A DNA stretch of 63,960 bases, counting the filler, from Octopus bimaculoides (taxonomy: Eukaryota), in the NCBI RefSeq assembly GCF_001194135.2. It is 7 parts of 7 records of this genome, joined end to end, with 100 filler letters (N's around TTAATTAATTAA, not from the genome) between each part and the next. Parts side by side here need not be neighbours in the genome. Positions count along the whole stretch, not along the records: positions 62,325 to 63,960 come from NW_026393835.1; 6 more parts are not named here. The stretch is one strand, 5' to 3'. Of this stretch, positions 62,325 to 63,960 are shown piece by piece. A program made the translations under genes and the position numbers. The notes under the pieces are model-generated. The model saw only the letters and a program-made list of their open reading frames with translations. It was not told the origin of the DNA and did not search any database. The first letter of the stretch is position 1. Each line of letters begins with the position of its first letter.

Positions 62325-63960
62325 CATCGGTGTTAGTATCACCGGTGATGTGGCCAATCTCTTCATGGTATGGTCGGACAGAAGGCTTAAGGAACGCTTG
62401 ACACAGAACTCCATACTCGTGAATATGTACTCTCGATGATATCAACGTAGTGGTAAAGACACCCCCACAAGAGAGTACTCTTGAAATAGAAATAGAAACT
62501 AATACTATGGAGAGCATCCAGCAAATAGCTAACTCCATCCACCAGAGTATTAAGGTTACGATAGACTACCCTACTAAACACCCTAACCATAGATTACCTG
62601 TACTAGATACTGAACTCTGGCTAGAAACTGAGAATAATAAAACCCGAATCCTCCATTCACACTATACAAAACCTATGGCCTCCAAATACCTGATCCACCG
62701 GAACTCAGCTATTGTGGACAATGCCAAATTCAATACATTGATGGCCGACCTCGTCAGAGTAATGCGAAATGTGTCCTGCATGTGCAACCCTACAGAATTA
62801 AAGAGACATATACAACATTTCGTTCACCGCATGCAGTTCTCAGGTTACAGCCATAAAGAAAGGATCAGAGTATACAAAGGAGCTATGAAGAAATTTTAAA
62901 CAATCAAACGTAATGATAGGAATGGGATTTGCCCACTCTATAGGAGAAAATCATGGAACACCATTGAAAGGATTAAGAAGAAAATAGGGAAGGCCAACTC
63001 ATGGTATGATAGCCACAAATACCAGAGCGTCATGTTCATCGACACCACCCCTAGAGGCGAACTGGCGTACCGCTTTAGAAGGACCCTAGACAAACTTAAG
63101 CTAAGAATTAAGGTTGTTGAAAGGCCAGGCAACCCTATCAAATCCCTTATCAGTAGAACCCTCTGCACTGATAGGAACTGTACTGTATGTAGATTTAGCC
63201 CACGAACAAACTGTAAAACCAGAAATGTGGTCTATAGTATAAGATGTACAGAGGGACGATGCAGTAATAAGACAACGACGTATGTAGGCGAAACAACACG
63301 GAGCATAGGGGAGCAGGCAAATGAACATTGGAGGGAACTTAAGGAAGGGAAGAGCTCATCAGTTCTGTACCAGCACGCTGAGCAAGAACATGGAGGCTCA
63401 CTCAACAACATAAAAATCAAAATTTTATCCACACATAGCAGAGACGCAGCACTTAGACAAATTACAGAAGCTACACACATAATAGAAGATAAACCTAGCC
63501 TGAATAGGAAACTGGAATGGAACACTAACACACACCCCTAACAAACCACAACATATGACAATACATTCCCCATAAACCAATAACAATATGAACAAAATAT
63601 AATACAATACATAGATAAACAAATGGAATTAAATACTACATACATTAACAAAATTAAATTAAATACAAAAAAAAAGTAGGCATAAACACATGAACAAATA
63701 AATAAATATAAACAAAAATAAACGAACATGTATTAACAGAGGATATACATAATACAGGTACTCCCCATACACACACATGCACTTACAAAAACATAGACAC
63801 ATTGGGGGATATGCATGCGTAGACACATACAATAGGAATACAAAATACAAAATGGCTGATAGTTAGCAAGGTGAGACACACATAAGAAAGAAGAAAGCAA
63901 AGGACCACCGATGAGGTTACAGAAGTGTGATGAAAGAACTCTGGCCGAAATAGGATTAAT
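62325..63960 (+). mobile_element. Penelope-like retroelement, 3' half: RT C-terminus, Zn-finger linker, GIY-YIG endonuclease, 3' UTR
   Basis: IGVSITGDVANLFMVWSD (RT motif); YxDD disrupted by a frameshift near 62437; ORFs 62450-62899 and 63032-63541 share a frame, separated by one TAA; C..C...CKTRNVVYSIRC...YVGETTRSIGEQANEH. Confidence 0.92.

Noticed and set aside
62897-62899. In-frame stop in the Penelope ORF as possible selenocysteine readthrough
   Set aside because: The codon is TAA, not TGA; the TGA near 62437 arises from the frameshift

Overview
Eukaryotic, AT-rich, microsatellite-dense and gap-rich DNA. The SINE families, repeat content and scaffold style suggest a coleoid cephalopod, probably Octopus (inference). 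I found no host protein-coding gene, rRNA, intact tRNA or CRISPR array; nearly all long ORFs in the track come from microsatellites or N-runs. The window is mostly transposon remains: (i) about nine fragments of restriction-like-endonuclease (RLE; R4/Dong-type) non-LTR retrotransposons, five piled into 1-6.8 kb and repeatedly joined to (TAA/ATT)n tracts; (ii) a nearly intact 3' half of a Penelope-like element (RT plus GIY-YIG) at 62.3-63.9 kb; (iii) Tc1/mariner/pogo relics, one closely resembling mammalian Tigger4/Zombi; (iv) at least four SINE families, three of them with tRNA-type heads; (v) several perfect or near-perfect foldback palindromes. The most notable RNA-level signal is a dispersed set of minimal hammerhead-ribozyme motifs, one with an intact core (22341-22374) and one opposite-polarity pair inside a 29-bp foldback (46790-46891). 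Six artificial N44-TTAATTAATTAA-N44 spacers mark scaffold joins, so adjacency across them is not directly observed.
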